From Sphagnum compactum (taxonomy: Eukaryota): a stretch of DNA of 64,000 nucleotides. Where the stretch lies: NCBI GenBank assembly GCA_965153455.1, contig OZ234494.1, forward strand, positions 6,324,001 through 6,388,000, given 5' to 3'. Made by a program: the position numbers and the translations under genes. This document shows, piece by piece, positions 27,574 through 40,520 of the stretch (positions are counted from its first letter, which is position 1; every line of letters begins with the position of its first letter). The notes below the pieces were generated by a model. That model worked only from the letters and a program-made list of their open reading frames with translations, made no database searches and was not told the DNA's origin.

Positions 27574-28800
27574 ATGGCTTTAAGTTCCTCGAGTAGACTT
27601 GATTCTGTATTCCAAAATTTGATAGCAAAATTTGCACTTCAGTTTCCTGTCATTGCAACAAACAAAGCATCAGTACCGCCAACAAAAAAACAATGGTATG
27701 CTACCATAGGCCAAGAAACACTTTTGGACAACTGTGGATATCGAGATTTCCAAAGCAAACAGTCATTTGAAAGCTACGGACAACTGAAAGAGTTTATAGA
27801 TGGATGGGTGCAGAAAAAGACAATGTTTCTGTCCACACACAACAACTATCTGCCATGCCCAAGTATTCTACATACAAAGGGCCAATTGTAAGTTTAAACT
27901 AAACTGTTTGATATGGATGTTAACACCAATAGAGTTCTATCATAGGTCCACACACTCCTGTTTACAGAGAGCTAAATCTTTGATCAAAGTCACATGTTTT
28001 CCAAATCTGAAATCTTAGGGTTCAACTTGAAACTAACCACATAAAGGGGGACAAGGTGAGTATTCATATGAGTACTCCATATAATTAATCATTCGTGATC
28101 AAAGAGGTCATCTACAATTGCTAACAATTTTTGGAAAAATTTCAAGTCATGCTTTTATTTTCATGGATGTTTTGAATGTCAACTACGACTGAGATGACAT
28201 TCATCTCAATAAGCGAGATGCATACAGTCTCATCCGTCAAGAAATATAATGTACCTACAAAGGAACTTTGAGTCCATATCACCTCAAACGTATGTACTTT
28301 GAGTTTGACAAAAAAAATGATATGGCATCTTACCTTTCTTTGTCTTACCAAGCCATGGAGAATGTTTTTCAAGAGTTGGATGCAGTTGTGAAAGATGAAT
28401 CTGCATCCTTACCCTTCGTTATCTCTCCTCAAAAGGTGGAATTTCCTGCAAAAAAATCAATGATCAACCAACAAGTTTCATTGGCAAATCAAGTGCTCAA
28501 AAATCCAAAAGCTGACAATGCCCAACATGTTCCAGAAATAGTTGAGCTTGATGATGTTGACACTGAAGAAATAGAGGTTGCAGAAAGACAACCTTTGAAA
28601 CGTTTAAAGAAAACATTGCTTTCATCTGAAGCATTTGAAGAAGAAAAGAAATAAGGTATTGAAACTCACGAAGATGACAGTAACACCAGTCCAAAGAAAA
28701 ACCGTGGTTGACCTCTTGGATCAAATAACAACCAAAAAAATCCAGCTGCCAATAATGTTGTCTAGAAACGCAATGTGCCTACAAAAAAGGGGGAAACTTC
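27574..28800 (+). pseudogene. Decayed spliced gene of unknown function with an acidic region and an AT-hook-like remnant
   Basis: Exons 27574-27887 and 28019-28055, then a frame from ~28150 broken by TGA/TAA codons (NYD*DDIH, QEI*CTY, KNRG*PLGS, where NRGRP would be an AT-hook-like core). Confidence 0.5.
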
Positions 28801-29130
28801 TTGAACAACATCCAAGAGCATTTTGTGTATAGGATTACATGTGAGAACAATAATAAAGTATACATTGGGCAGAGTATCAATCCAAACAAACGGTTCAAAC
28901 AACACATGCAGAAACCACCCAAGAAAATGAAACATGACATCAATCTAACATTTAAGTTGGATATTTTGTATTCAAATATGCATAAGTACAAGGTTGATAG
29001 AATGGAAAATCACTATATTCAATATTTTGATAGTACCTCTAGTACAGGCTATAATAACCTTAAAGGAAAACCTACATCATACAAAAAATATTGGTATTTG
29101 AAAAGGAACAATATGATATGTAAATGTTGA
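28801..29130 (+). CDS. GIY-YIG endonuclease domain
   Basis: FVYRITCENNNKVYIGQSINPNKRFKQH (Y...YIG plus conserved R and H), a later conserved E (RMENHYI) and GYN. No in-frame ATG before the motif, so the start is uncertain. Confidence 0.8.
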   Translation: MNNIQEHFVYRITCENNNKVYIGQSINPNKRFKQHMQKPPKKMKHDINLTFKLDILYSNMHKYKVDRMENHYIQYFDSTSSTGYNNLKGKPTSYKKYWYLKRNNMICKC

Positions 29131-29189
29131 AGTCATATGTTATGATTTTCAAACCACAAGAGAAAAAATCTTGCCTTCATTGTATCCTC

Positions 29190-32100
29190 TGCATTATTAT
29201 TCTTCATAGGGGCATCAGCTATCCAATGTCCAGCATCTGTGGATCCAACCATTCACACAAACCATCCATGTTTAGATCCTTGGTGACAGACATATGTGTT
29301 CATGCCCACCACATAATGACTGTTAACCTGGTAGAGGTTGAGCATAGTGAGAGCCACACATCTCTTAAACTTACTATGTTCTGCCAAATTGTTTAAGCAT
29401 TCAGAGCATTCAGAGCATTGAGATGTATCCATATTCTGATGGTATCAGATTCTTCACCAATATTCTGCCATATAGGTGTATATTCTACTCACCTTCAAAA
29501 GCAAGTTTCCACATTCATCCTTCCTATTGCCTAAACATAACAACCCAACTCAACATCTCATATTCCTAATGGCTTTGCTTGTCTATGAAAAGCATGCATT
29601 TACATCAATAAGCTATGAATTCATCTTGAGTTAAGCCACCAAGCCTGTTCAACTACAAGTAATTACATGTAGTTACCACATTGTGAAAGTGCAGTACCAC
29701 TTGGGAAAGTGTCCATTGGAATGAAGTACTGTGTGCACATGTCCATGACCCACAATTACCTCATTTTCAACATGCTCTTCATTTTGTCTCGCAGAGTTGA
29801 GCTATCCCAAATACTGTGAGCTATGAAATTGAGATGTGTTACAAAATGACACCCGCTCTTCCATGCCTCTCCACTTCATGATCTGTCCCCACTCCTGAAA
29901 CTGAAGTGGTTTGTCAAGAAGGCCCCCTTTTAGTGTGTGATTCAACACTATTCCAATACAAGCCAAAAAAGTCACTACAAAAATTTTACTTCTTTTGTTC
30001 AACATTGTGGTAACAACATTACAGTGCTGCAATCTACAACAAACTTGTAAACCTTGAAAGAACTCCAAAGCATTAAACCTTCTTTGAAGTATTACCACGA
30101 CCCAAGACAAAAAAAATACAACAAAAAGGCATCAGATACAAAAAAGAAAAGAACAGAAAAATGGTTTACCCTTGAACAGCCAAATCACCCAACATTGCAC
30201 ATCCGGGGGGAACAGTTGGGTGCCAAGTCGAGACTCCATTCTTTTGAGCCACTGCCCTTATCACACCAAATCAGTTTGAATCTGGCCACCTTTTCATAAC
30301 TTTGTCTAGAAGAAAGTCCCTGTGAAACAACCAACCCAGACTAATTATTTCCAAAACTGATGTAACAAAGTTTTATTGTTTTCCTGGAAAACCGACCTCC
30401 AAAGTCATTGGTTCCAAACGTACAATTCCGAGCTCATCCTTGCTACCCCCATACCACTCAGAAGTATTTCTGATGTTGATGTCTAAAATGTCCAACTCAA
30501 GGAAACTGGTTTCAATCAAAACAACCAACAACAACAAATAGATGTGGAATCTATTTGCAATTGGCTACTGGAACTTTTTTAACTTCAAAGAAGCAAAATG
30601 CTAAAAAGATTGCATAATGAACGAAGAGAGTGAGAGAGACAGAGAGAGATTGCTCTTTATTTGGTGCTGTGACTAGATCTGGACATGATGTTGATGGGCT
30701 TCAACACTTGGAACTCTGAATCTTGCAACATAACATTAGAACTTTGGTAACCACAGATAGGGTATCTTGTGCCTTGACACATGTACAACTGGGTGGTACA
30801 AGCAGGCACATAAGGATCAATGCCTCTGGTCATGCAACAAAATTGTGCATGCTGAGTTTTTCTTTGACTTTGTGTGGAATACATTGCAGGATCTTCAAGG
30901 CCTACACATCAAGTAGCATCTCAAAACAAGTCATGTTGCACCGAGTGTTTGAGGTATTCCTGATAGCCATACAAGTCATGCAAGGACTCTAGCCAAACTT
31001 GCAGCAGCACATTATAACTAATTTAACAAGATCATTACAGCTGTCAAAGTCAACATCTAAAATCACCATGTATTGGATTTAAAACAATAACTGTTGTAAG
31101 AGGGCCATAAGACAAAGCAACTATGTAATCAGCTTGATGCCAATAACATTTCTGCAGTTAGAATTTCAGAAATCCACTCTGTGGATTTCATGCAATAGAA
31201 TGCATAAAACCTCTTTCAACATTCTTGAAAGAATAGGTCCACCAGCCAAATATCTCAGGGGACACTATTTCAGCTATCCAATTTCCAGCATCTGTGGATC
31301 CAACCATTCACACAAACCATCCATGTTTAGATCCTTGGTAACAGACATATGTGTTCATGCCCACCACATAATTGGCATGTTAACTTGGTAGAGGTTCAAC
31401 ATAGTGAAAGCCACAAATCTCTTAAGCCTACTTTGTTCTGCCAAATTGTTTTGACCTAATTTAAGTATTCAGAGCATTGAGATGTATCCATATTATGATG
31501 GTATCAGATTCTTCACCAATACCCTGCAATTCATGGATTGAAAGAACCATAGATGATTGCAGAAGCAAAATATGTACTCACGTCCTTGCGCTTGACTCTT
31601 CCTTGGAAAAATAAGAGGATGTTCTTGGATGCAAATGGGTCAGTTATGCTGTCGTCATCATCCTCAACACAGTATATGCTATCTCCTCAAGTAGATCAAT
31701 AGGAGATGAATTGAACTGAGCCAACATATGGAGTAGCTGCTGAAATAGATCCGCCTGTCTTCTGCATTATTCTTCGTAGGGGCATTAACTATCCAATTTC
31801 CAGCATCTGTGGATCCAACCATTCACACAAACCATCCATGTTTAGATCCTTGGTGACAGACATAAGTATTCAGAGCATTGAGATGTATCCATATTCTGAT
31901 GGTATCAGATTCTTCACCAATACCCTGCCATATAGGTGTATATTGTACTCACCTTGAAATTCAAACTTTCACATTCATCCTTCCTGTTGCCTAAACATAA
32001 CAACCCAACTCAACATCTCATATTCCTAATGGCTTTGCTTGTCTATGAAAAACATGCATTTACATCAATAAGCTATGAATTCATCTTAAGTGAAGCCACC

Positions 32101-33410
32101 AAGGCTGCTCAACTACAACATTGTAAAAGTGCAGTACCACTTGGGAAGGTGTCCCCTGGAATGAAGTACTGTGTGCACATGTGCATGACCCATAATTACC
32201 TCATTTTCAACAGGCCATATACTCAGCAGTTCATTTCCATATCACAGAGTTGAGCTATCCTAAATACTGTGTGCTGTGAAATTGAGACGTGTTACAAGCT
32301 CGTTGCAAACACAACACACATGATTGGCTCCATCAGGTTCAGGTACTGAAGATTTGCTGGCAATGCATCCCATGGTAACATAGCCAGGCAGTGCCACTGG
32401 ATACCAAAATGACACCGGCTCCTCCATACCTCTCCACTTTGTGATCTATCCCTGCTCTTGAAACCGAAGTGGTTTGTCAAGAAGGCCCCATTCTATTGTG
32501 TCATTCAACACTAATCCAATACTTGGTGGTTCATAGCTGCAAGCCAAAAAAGTCATTATAAAATTTTACATCTTTTGTTCAACCTTGTGGTAACAATATT
32601 ACAAACAGTATAATTTTGAATCATCCAGTGTGATTTAATTTAAGAATCTTAGAAATTGACTTGTGATTGCTCAATGCCTGCACTGGCTATGGCTTTTGGA
32701 ATGGCCAGTGCTGGTGACGTTGTGAAGAGTTCTGGTGCTTGTAGAAATTCATACAGAACCCGTGAGTAGCAGTAACTACCTGTCAGGGCTACCCGCTGAC
32801 TATCATCAGCTAAAAGAAATTGTGTTCACAATAATGCCACAGTGGTTGTTGCTTGATATCCGCCTGTGAAATAATCTGAAATCAACCATAATTCTTTCAT
32901 CAGCAGCCACTATTCCAAATCATGTCCACCAGAGACTACCAAGTAGATAACCATGGGTCAAAGAGATACAATCAACACAATGTTCCTGACCCATGCCTTT
33001 TCTAGTCTACAAGAGCTACTTTGTTAAGCACATGCAAAATTTCTGAACAAAGAGAAAATGGCATTCAAATTGGCAGTGCTTCATCAGGCCCATCATTCAG
33101 TGTGCCAAACAAGTGCTACAAATATTTAGCTAAAACAATGTGCACAAGAATTAAAAAGATATTGCTGCAAGTCTCAAAGATTTCCGACCTTTGTTGCCAT
33201 TTTTACTCCCTCAGGTGGTTTTGCAATATGTCTGTTGTGGAAGATTCCAAAATATGACCGATCTAATTTACAGGAACACGACAGATGGAATATATAATAA
33301 AAAACATCTTCTAGCAACAGGACACATGAGTGATCTGCTGTGCTTGCAGCCTAACAAGACTCTCATGATTGCATATCATTCAAGTTCCATCAATACAAAA
33401 AGGATCACTG
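29190..33410 (-). pseudogene. VPS13: Fragmented, partly duplicated VPS13-family pseudogene (Vps62-like repeat region)
   Basis: 32536-32200 reads YEPPSIGLVLNDT...KPLRFQEQG*ITKWRGMEEPVSFWYPVALPGYVTMGCIASK...SIWPVENE. 30320-30170 reads YEKVARFKLIWCDKGSGSK/GVSTWHPTVPPGCAMLGDLAVQG. Both match the plant VPS13 Vps62-type repeats as I recall them. Stops and frameshifts occur throughout. Confidence 0.8.
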
Positions 33411-33481
33411 CCTCACAATACTCACAAAACATTGTATTGTGCATTGTATTAGGTTTAGGGTTCCAGGACTCACAGGACTTG

Positions 33482-34055
33482 ATTATTAGTGATGTCCAAC
33501 ATGCCATGTACAGGGGAAGGGATTGTAGCTGGACATGGCTCTTCATTATCCAAAGCGATGAACCCGTTACCACTTGTTTGCTGTTACCAACCTATACAGT
33601 GTTGGCCTGCGCAGGAAACAAGAAAACACACACTGAGAACCATTCTCAAAACACATCAACACAGCCTACTGTACCTGGCTATAGGATCAATCTTTTCAAT
33701 TGCTTCAACCTGACACTGGCTTCGCATGAAGATTATAAGGATACCTTGGAAAGCCAGTCAGAAGCTCAACAACTTCATCAAAAATCACACCAGAAAACAA
33801 ATGTGACCACATCCATCTCTTTGCTAATTGCAATGAACCACACTTTTTTACATGAGCAGAGCATAATTGACAGTAAGGACCAATCATAAAACAAACTTCC
33901 CATACATCCATAAACACTAACTCTTGTTAGTCTCTGGCTTACAATTACTTTACAACAAGTTGCTATGACTGATTCTACTACAAATCACTCTATTCTCAAA
34001 ACTATCCCTGCCATTTATTGAAACAAGAAATGAGTCTGGAACCCATAAGTATTTT
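33482..34055. repeat. Segment duplicated at 48353-49042
   Basis: 33482-33726 matches 48353-48597 and ~33909-34055 matches ~48891-49042 at high identity, in direct orientation. Confidence 0.9.
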
Positions 34056-34473
34056 TTTCTCCCCTTCCCCACTCTACCAACTCCGTGCACTGTGCGTCTT
34101 TGTCTCGTTTTTGGAATTCAAGTGAATTGCAGTGTCTCCTTTGCATGGGCATGAAGCCCACTCCGGATTCCTTTACACAAGTGATTTTCAAAAAACGTTC
34201 CCCGTGATACCCAACAGGTACCTGTCATTTATCAGGGGAGAAATATATAATAGCGAGGTGTTAAATTGAGGCCACGTGGCGCCCTGAAAATTTAGATTGC
34301 GTTTTGAGCCCTTAGGACCTCCACTAACAAGGGAACCAACCTTGATATAAATTTGTAGCACACTCTTGGATGCAAATTTGAGTCAAGGGAGAATTAGTCC
34401 AATGGCTTCCCTGCATTTATGCCAGACCAGCAAACAACTGGGAAGGTGGTTATGATGAGAGGTTGAGAGGAAG

Positions 34474-35150
34474 GATCCAAGTGGTCCTTCTAGGATGGTG
34501 CATACCGCGCACCAGCTCGAATAGATAGTTGAGGCTGGTTAAAGTTTGAAGTGCTACCCAGTCAGAACTTTACTCGGAAATAGTACCTATTGCAGCTGGA
34601 TGCTTTGCTGACTTTTTCTCTTGCCGTCTTGTGCTTTCACACTGTTCAAGATGGGAAGTCTTTAATAAAGTTATTCGATGGCTACATGAATCCTGGACCT
34701 GCAATTTCCTGGGATCACCTAAATTTGTGGCGTTTAGAAAATGGACGCTAGTGGTCCTTTGATGGATGGTGCCCATCATGAGTCAGCAAATAAAAGTGAG
34801 GCCGGTTAGAGTTTACCACAGTCCATTGTTAGAATCCAAGTGGTCCTTCTAGGATGGTGCATACAGCGTGCCAGCAAAGATAATTGAGGCTGGTTGAAGT
34901 TTTTCGTGCTACCACTCAAAACTTAACTCTGAAATATTAATGCAGCTGGATGCTTGCTGACTTTTTCCCTTGTCACCTTGTGCTTTCACGCTGTTCAAGA
35001 TTGTAAGTCTTTAATAAAGTTATTCGATCCCTACATGAGTCCTGGACTTGCAACTTCTTGTTTAAAAATGGATGCAAGTGATCCTTTATGTATGGTGCCC
35101 ATCATGAGTCAGCAAAGAAAGTGAGGCCGGTTAGAGATTGCCACAGTACT
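34474..35150. repeat. ~355-bp tandem duplication
   Basis: atccaagtggtccttctaggatggtgcatac near 34476 and 34834, collinear through gtgaggccggttagag. Confidence 0.9.
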
Positions 35151-35914
35151 TTGTAGAAGTTTCCTCCGATACCAACTCTTTGCTTTGTCTAAATTTTTCT
35201 CCCCTGATTACCTGCTGCGAAATTTTGTTCATAATTTCAGTTTCGCATAAAGTCATGGCATATGCGCCTTGTAGGTGCTAGACTTGATTTTATTTGTTTG
35301 TGTGATCAGTGTAGTTTTCAGCCTTTACAGAATGAAGTGGATGCACTTCGTTATTGTTTGACGATGCAAGGCCTGACCATATCAGTAGAGAAAAGTGGGT
35401 CTGATGTTGTACTTCCAATAAACACAAAAGTTCTGGCAAATTCTTTCCATTTAAAAAAAAATGTCGAATTTTTTCTCCCAATAAAATGCAATAAGTGACA
35501 AAATATTCCCTTTTTGTTTTGTTTTTCCACAGTGCGAAAATTCATCCCAAAAAAATCACTGCTCCTGGCTTGTTGTTTGGACAGGAGATATAGCTTGAAA
35601 GGACACATGCATTTCAGTTTTAATTGAATTGCACACCCAATCACTACCATACATGACTTCAATAAAATTGATGCCACGTGGCCCCTGAAAATTAGATTGC
35701 GTTTTGAGCCCTCAGGCCTACCTCCACTAAAAAAGCGAAATTGAGGCCTGGGAGAAAAAACAGTGAGAGCAAAGGGAAAAAAAAGCATGAGAAAAAAAAC
35801 TACTGACCAAGTAAACTGACCCCTTAGGGACGGTTTCATCCCATCCATGAAATCCCAGAACGGGATTTTTGGGATGGTGAACTTGTGGGTGCTGGGTCAC
35901 TCAAGCCCTATTTG

Positions 35915-37794
35915 CCCATTTGTCTGTCCAAAGTCACTCCCTGGGGATAATGCCCCACAAAACAAGAAAGAAATAGTTAAAATCTTATTCACACTGAACA
36001 GGCTGCGGCATTCCGCTAACAAAATTAAATCCTACAAAAAATTTAATGTTCTGCATCAAAGACTTGACAAAATCAATTGAGTTGTTGAAATTCTAAACAG
36101 AAATGTTTGACAATATGTCTCCAAAAAAGAATGAACTCACTGTCCACAGTAACACTTGGTGAACATGTCAATATTGGGTGGTTCCCTGATTTTTTTCCAT
36201 AACCGCTGGTTCTGGGTTTTTGGAAAACAGAATACAGAATCAAATAACCACCAGTTCTAATTAGGAGACGGGCTATTAGTTCAGGCCAAAAATGGTGGCA
36301 GCCAATCTTAGGAACAGTATTTCCATGCAACCAATGAGAAGTGAAGGGGGGTGTCATGGAGGGAAGGGGCCTCCCTTTTATTCTTGTGGGTGCAGCGTAG
36401 GGGGTTTTTTTTTCAAGTTGTGTTTGAACTTTGGTGTGGAGAGTGGACTGTCCACTGTTCACTTTCCACTTGGACGCTTGACAATTGGTTTTCCATTTTT
36501 TTGCATTTGGGGGGTGGCGGGGGTGGTCAAAGCAAAGAGTTCCCAAGTTTCTGACCTATTCCCCAAAGAGTTCCCTATAGCACCCTACTTTTATTCCATA
36601 TGCTCTGGCAAATGTTGTCCTCCCTTGATCTATATAGGTGGGCCAAATGGGAACAACTCCACACTTCAAAATAGACCCTTCTATTATGGGTAGCTTCCAT
36701 AGTTTCATTTGAGTCCAACATAACAAGTGTGGGAGACCGACACTTGCCAGTTGGATGACGGTTAGTACTCTTGTTGTTGAGTCAGGTTAACAAGTCGTTC
36801 AAGTGTGCATACAAGGGGATTGATGACAACAATGTTGGTGCACTAACATTGACAAAAATCATAGTTAATGCTAGCCCAGTGGACAACATGGTTCTACAGA
36901 GAACCCAACTTTAAGTTACAGAATACAGGATGCAAGTGGCCCGTGTAGTATGATGCACTCCTCCATCCGTTAGCACAAAAAAGCGAGGTTACTGACCTCA
37001 GAACTTCCATCTAGCTTACCATACTGCAGAACTCTATGATTTGATGACGATTGTGCTGTCGGAGCTATCCACCAGACCCACATTAAGAGCTGTTTTCTCT
37101 CGTACGTTACGAATGCACAACTCCATACTTTGCTAGTTGCCTGCTATGCTATCATCAACTATTCCAGCTGCAGACTGACGTGCTGAGGAAGAAAATTAAG
37201 CTGGTGATAATCTTGGACGGTACCCAGGGGCCACACTTGGGACTTCCCTCTAGCACATATTAGTGCAGGTAGGTGTGACAGCTTGCTGACACATGTCACC
37301 TGTGCTATTGTAGTCTGTCACGCACCCACCTCAGGCCTGCACATTCGAACACAACTTGAGGGTTTGCGACTTTTTAGGCTCATATGTACTCTCAAACAGG
37401 CTTTTCCAAGTTGCAATGCAATAGGAAAGACCTTAAATAAGCAAAGGGTTTTTATTGTAGGCAGTACAAAAGAACTGTTTGCTTTTTTTTCCCTAATTGC
37501 TCATTTGTCCGTCTAAAGTCACTCCCTAGGGATAATGCCCCACCAAACAAGAAATAGGGGAAATCTTTTTGACACCGAACAGGGTGTACCATTCCACTAG
37601 CAAAATAAAATCTAACAAAACGTTTAATGTTCTGCACCAAATACCTGACAAAATCAGTTGAGTTGTTGGAACTCTAGTGAGAAATGTTTGACAAATTTGT
37701 CCCCAAAGAAGAATGAACTCACTGTCCAAAGTAACATTTGGTGCCATTTCAATATCGGGTGGTTCCTTGATTTTTTTGGCATAACTGCTGGTTC
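35915..37794. repeat. ~290-bp direct repeats (35915-36211 and 37500-37794) around a 1.3-kb core
   Basis: aaagtcactccct.gggataatgcccca ... aatgaactcactgtcca ... cataac.gctggttc is present in both copies. Confidence 0.85.
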
Positions 37795-40254
37795 ATTTCT
37801 CTAGAATTTGAATCAACTTTCTGAGCAAATGACTTGCCTAGCATGTAACTAATTGCCGGTTATCCCTCTACATTGCACCTTAGATGTCATGTAAATGGCT
37901 GGAATTTTGAAAATCCAAGTTGGTAGGTTGTGGGTCTTTTCTCATTTTTTTTGTTTGAGATGGGTTTTGAAGGCCTTTTTATGTGGGCCCTTGGGTGCAC
38001 TGAGGCTGAATTTCTGTTGATATAATTTCCAAAGCATTTGGGAGTTTATTTTCGGCACAAAAAAATTGAGTGGGGGCAGGGGGACTAGAGAATAAAAAGT
38101 AAGTTTTTTATTGCAATTTGTAACTAAAAAAGAGTTGCAAACAACACTAACAATTAAAATTACATGGATTGCATAAGTGTACACATGTAACATGTATTCA
38201 CAAATGCTAACCTCATGGTGATGTCAACACAATCAACAAATGAAATATATAATAAATGAATACCTACTGTTTAATTTGAGGACCAATTATATAGCCCTTG
38301 TGATTACTTCCCATTATTTGTCACTAAATTGTAATCTACTTATCATAGGCATGAACAACAATGTAATCCAACTTGAATTTAATATTGAAAAAAAAGAGAT
38401 TGCATAAACATTGAAAGTTTACTCCTAAATACGGTGTTGAAAAATAAAATAAAAAACAAATGTGAAAAGACATTTTTCCATGCCACACTTGAGAATGGGC
38501 CAAACAAATTCTAGTTTGGAATCGTCCAAGAAACAACTTTGAAACCTACAATTGTCCTTTTTAAATTAATGATAACGATTTTCTTACAACTTATAAATCA
38601 GTGATATAAATAACGATTAGAAACATGTGCATCATGAAATTTGAATATTTTGAAAAGAAAATGAATTATATTTAATTATAAAATACTTAAACTAACATTA
38701 TATAAACTTGGATTAATCCCAAGTGCATTGGGTTCTTCTTTTTTTGATAAAAAATCCATTAAAAATCAATGGCTAGAACCATCATGCAAAAAACAAAATG
38801 GAAGGCCAAAGAAAGGTCAAAATACGTGCAACCTACAATAACCAAAAAAAAGGAGAAAGCCCTAGTCCCCTTGTGGTACGAAGCTATTTCAACCCACAAC
38901 CTTTTTAATGTTGTTTGCATGCAAATCATGAATTTTAATAGTAATAGGAGGCCTAAAACAAGCATCTCTTGCCAACCAATTTTCCTTTTTATAGCAAAGG
39001 CTAAACATGTTGAAAAGCAATATTAAAATGTTGCTTGGAAAAGTGAATGTAAAAATATAAAATAAATGACATCCTAATCATGTATTGTGGAAAAAAGACA
39101 AGCACATTCCCTAATGAAATGTTCTATATCACGTTCAAGTTCGCCATGCACTTCCTAATAGAATGGGCAATTCAAACCCAAATGCTTGGAAATAAATTAG
39201 TATCACAGACTGGACCAATCTGCAAGGTGAAAGGAACTCACAGGACTAGGGGCCATGTTCATCAAGATCGCTTATCGATTATACAGAAATCCACAATATG
39301 GTAACACTCATAGATACCATGTGCCTTAGTAGTGTCATTAACTGGTAAACTGCAATTCAACTTTATTTTTAAGAGCTGAAAGCAATCTAAAAATCCTCAG
39401 TGCTTGTGTAAGTGGGTCTCGTAACATATAAGAGGAGGGGTGTTGCTCTCAAGAGCTAATGGCTTTTCATTCTCCATTGACTTGATAGGTGAAAAACAGC
39501 ATGTTGGGAGCTGCCATACAAATAAATGGTGGTGTTGCTCTCAAGCATCCATTTTCCTTTCATCCACACAAGGCGAGAAAACCCCTGACAAACCTGTGCA
39601 GTTACAAATATCATACCGTGTTGCACATTGTTGAACTCTTCCCTCAACTCCCAATCAAACAATAGAGAGTCAATTTGTAGCCTCTGTCACCTAGCCACAG
39701 ATAAATATACTGTACCACTCTAAAACTCAGACTCTACAGATTATTTGGAAAAAACCTGAAGGGTTAGAAAACAATACATAATATTTTGCTCAGCTGGTTT
39801 TTGGTCCTTGAGTGATTGGATCTGCTGACACGATTAGTAGAGAATTGTTTACTCTTAAGTAAAGAATTACTCATATGTGATCAAAAGTTCACAAGTCATT
39901 AGACCCTAAGCAAGAGATGCTCCACCAAAAATACCTAAAGAAACAGAGTGCAGCACCTCAAAATGTTGCATTATCAGGAAAAATATCTGAAATTCCTGAG
40001 TCTGCAAGCACCATAAGAAGGAATGGCCATTAGCAGATGGCACACTGAAAACTTGCAATTGAATTTAAATAACACTCTAATTTTTAAAAAATAAATTCAT
40101 ATGTTTAGTACCTCATACGCAGTTAATGTTAGAAATATTATTCGTTTTTAATTCTCAATGTTGATGAATGTGTTAAACATTCCTAAAAAAAAATGAATAA
40201 TATTCACATCTTTCAATAATGATAGTTAAAGTTTGGCAATACAAGCTACTTAGG

Positions 40255-40520
40255 ACTTGAGTGACGATTAGGGTTAGGACTAGGCAGCGACTAGGATTAG
40301 GGCAAGGCGGCAGATTAGGTTAAGATAGACAAACCCTACGATACAGTTAGGCGGCGGCTAGGATTAAAGTTAGATGGCTAGGATAGAGTTACGCGGTGAT
40401 TATAATTAGGTGATTATAATTAGACAAATAGACAACGGCTAGGGTTAGGGTTAGACGACGGCTAGGAAATAATATATCTAGGGTTAGGGTTAGACGGCGG
40501 CTAGGAAATAATATATGTAG
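40255..40520 (+). repeat. Degenerate telomere-like TTAGGG/GGCGGCTAGG tract
   Basis: ttagggttagg and ctagggttagggttagacggcggctagg are repeated. Confidence 0.75.

Noticed and set aside
30657-31780. Possible tyrosine-recombinase remnants (YSTQSQRK, HPLIFP)
   Set aside because: No complete R-H-R-Y set, and the flanking exons are better explained as VPS13 fragments.
33191-33889. 232-aa plus-strand ORF
   Set aside because: Antisense to pseudogene and duplicated exons, crosses a rearrangement junction, and shows no motif.
35700-35730. CACTA terminus at CCACTAA
   Set aside because: The conserved sequence lies on the wrong side of CACTA for an EnSpm/CACTA end.
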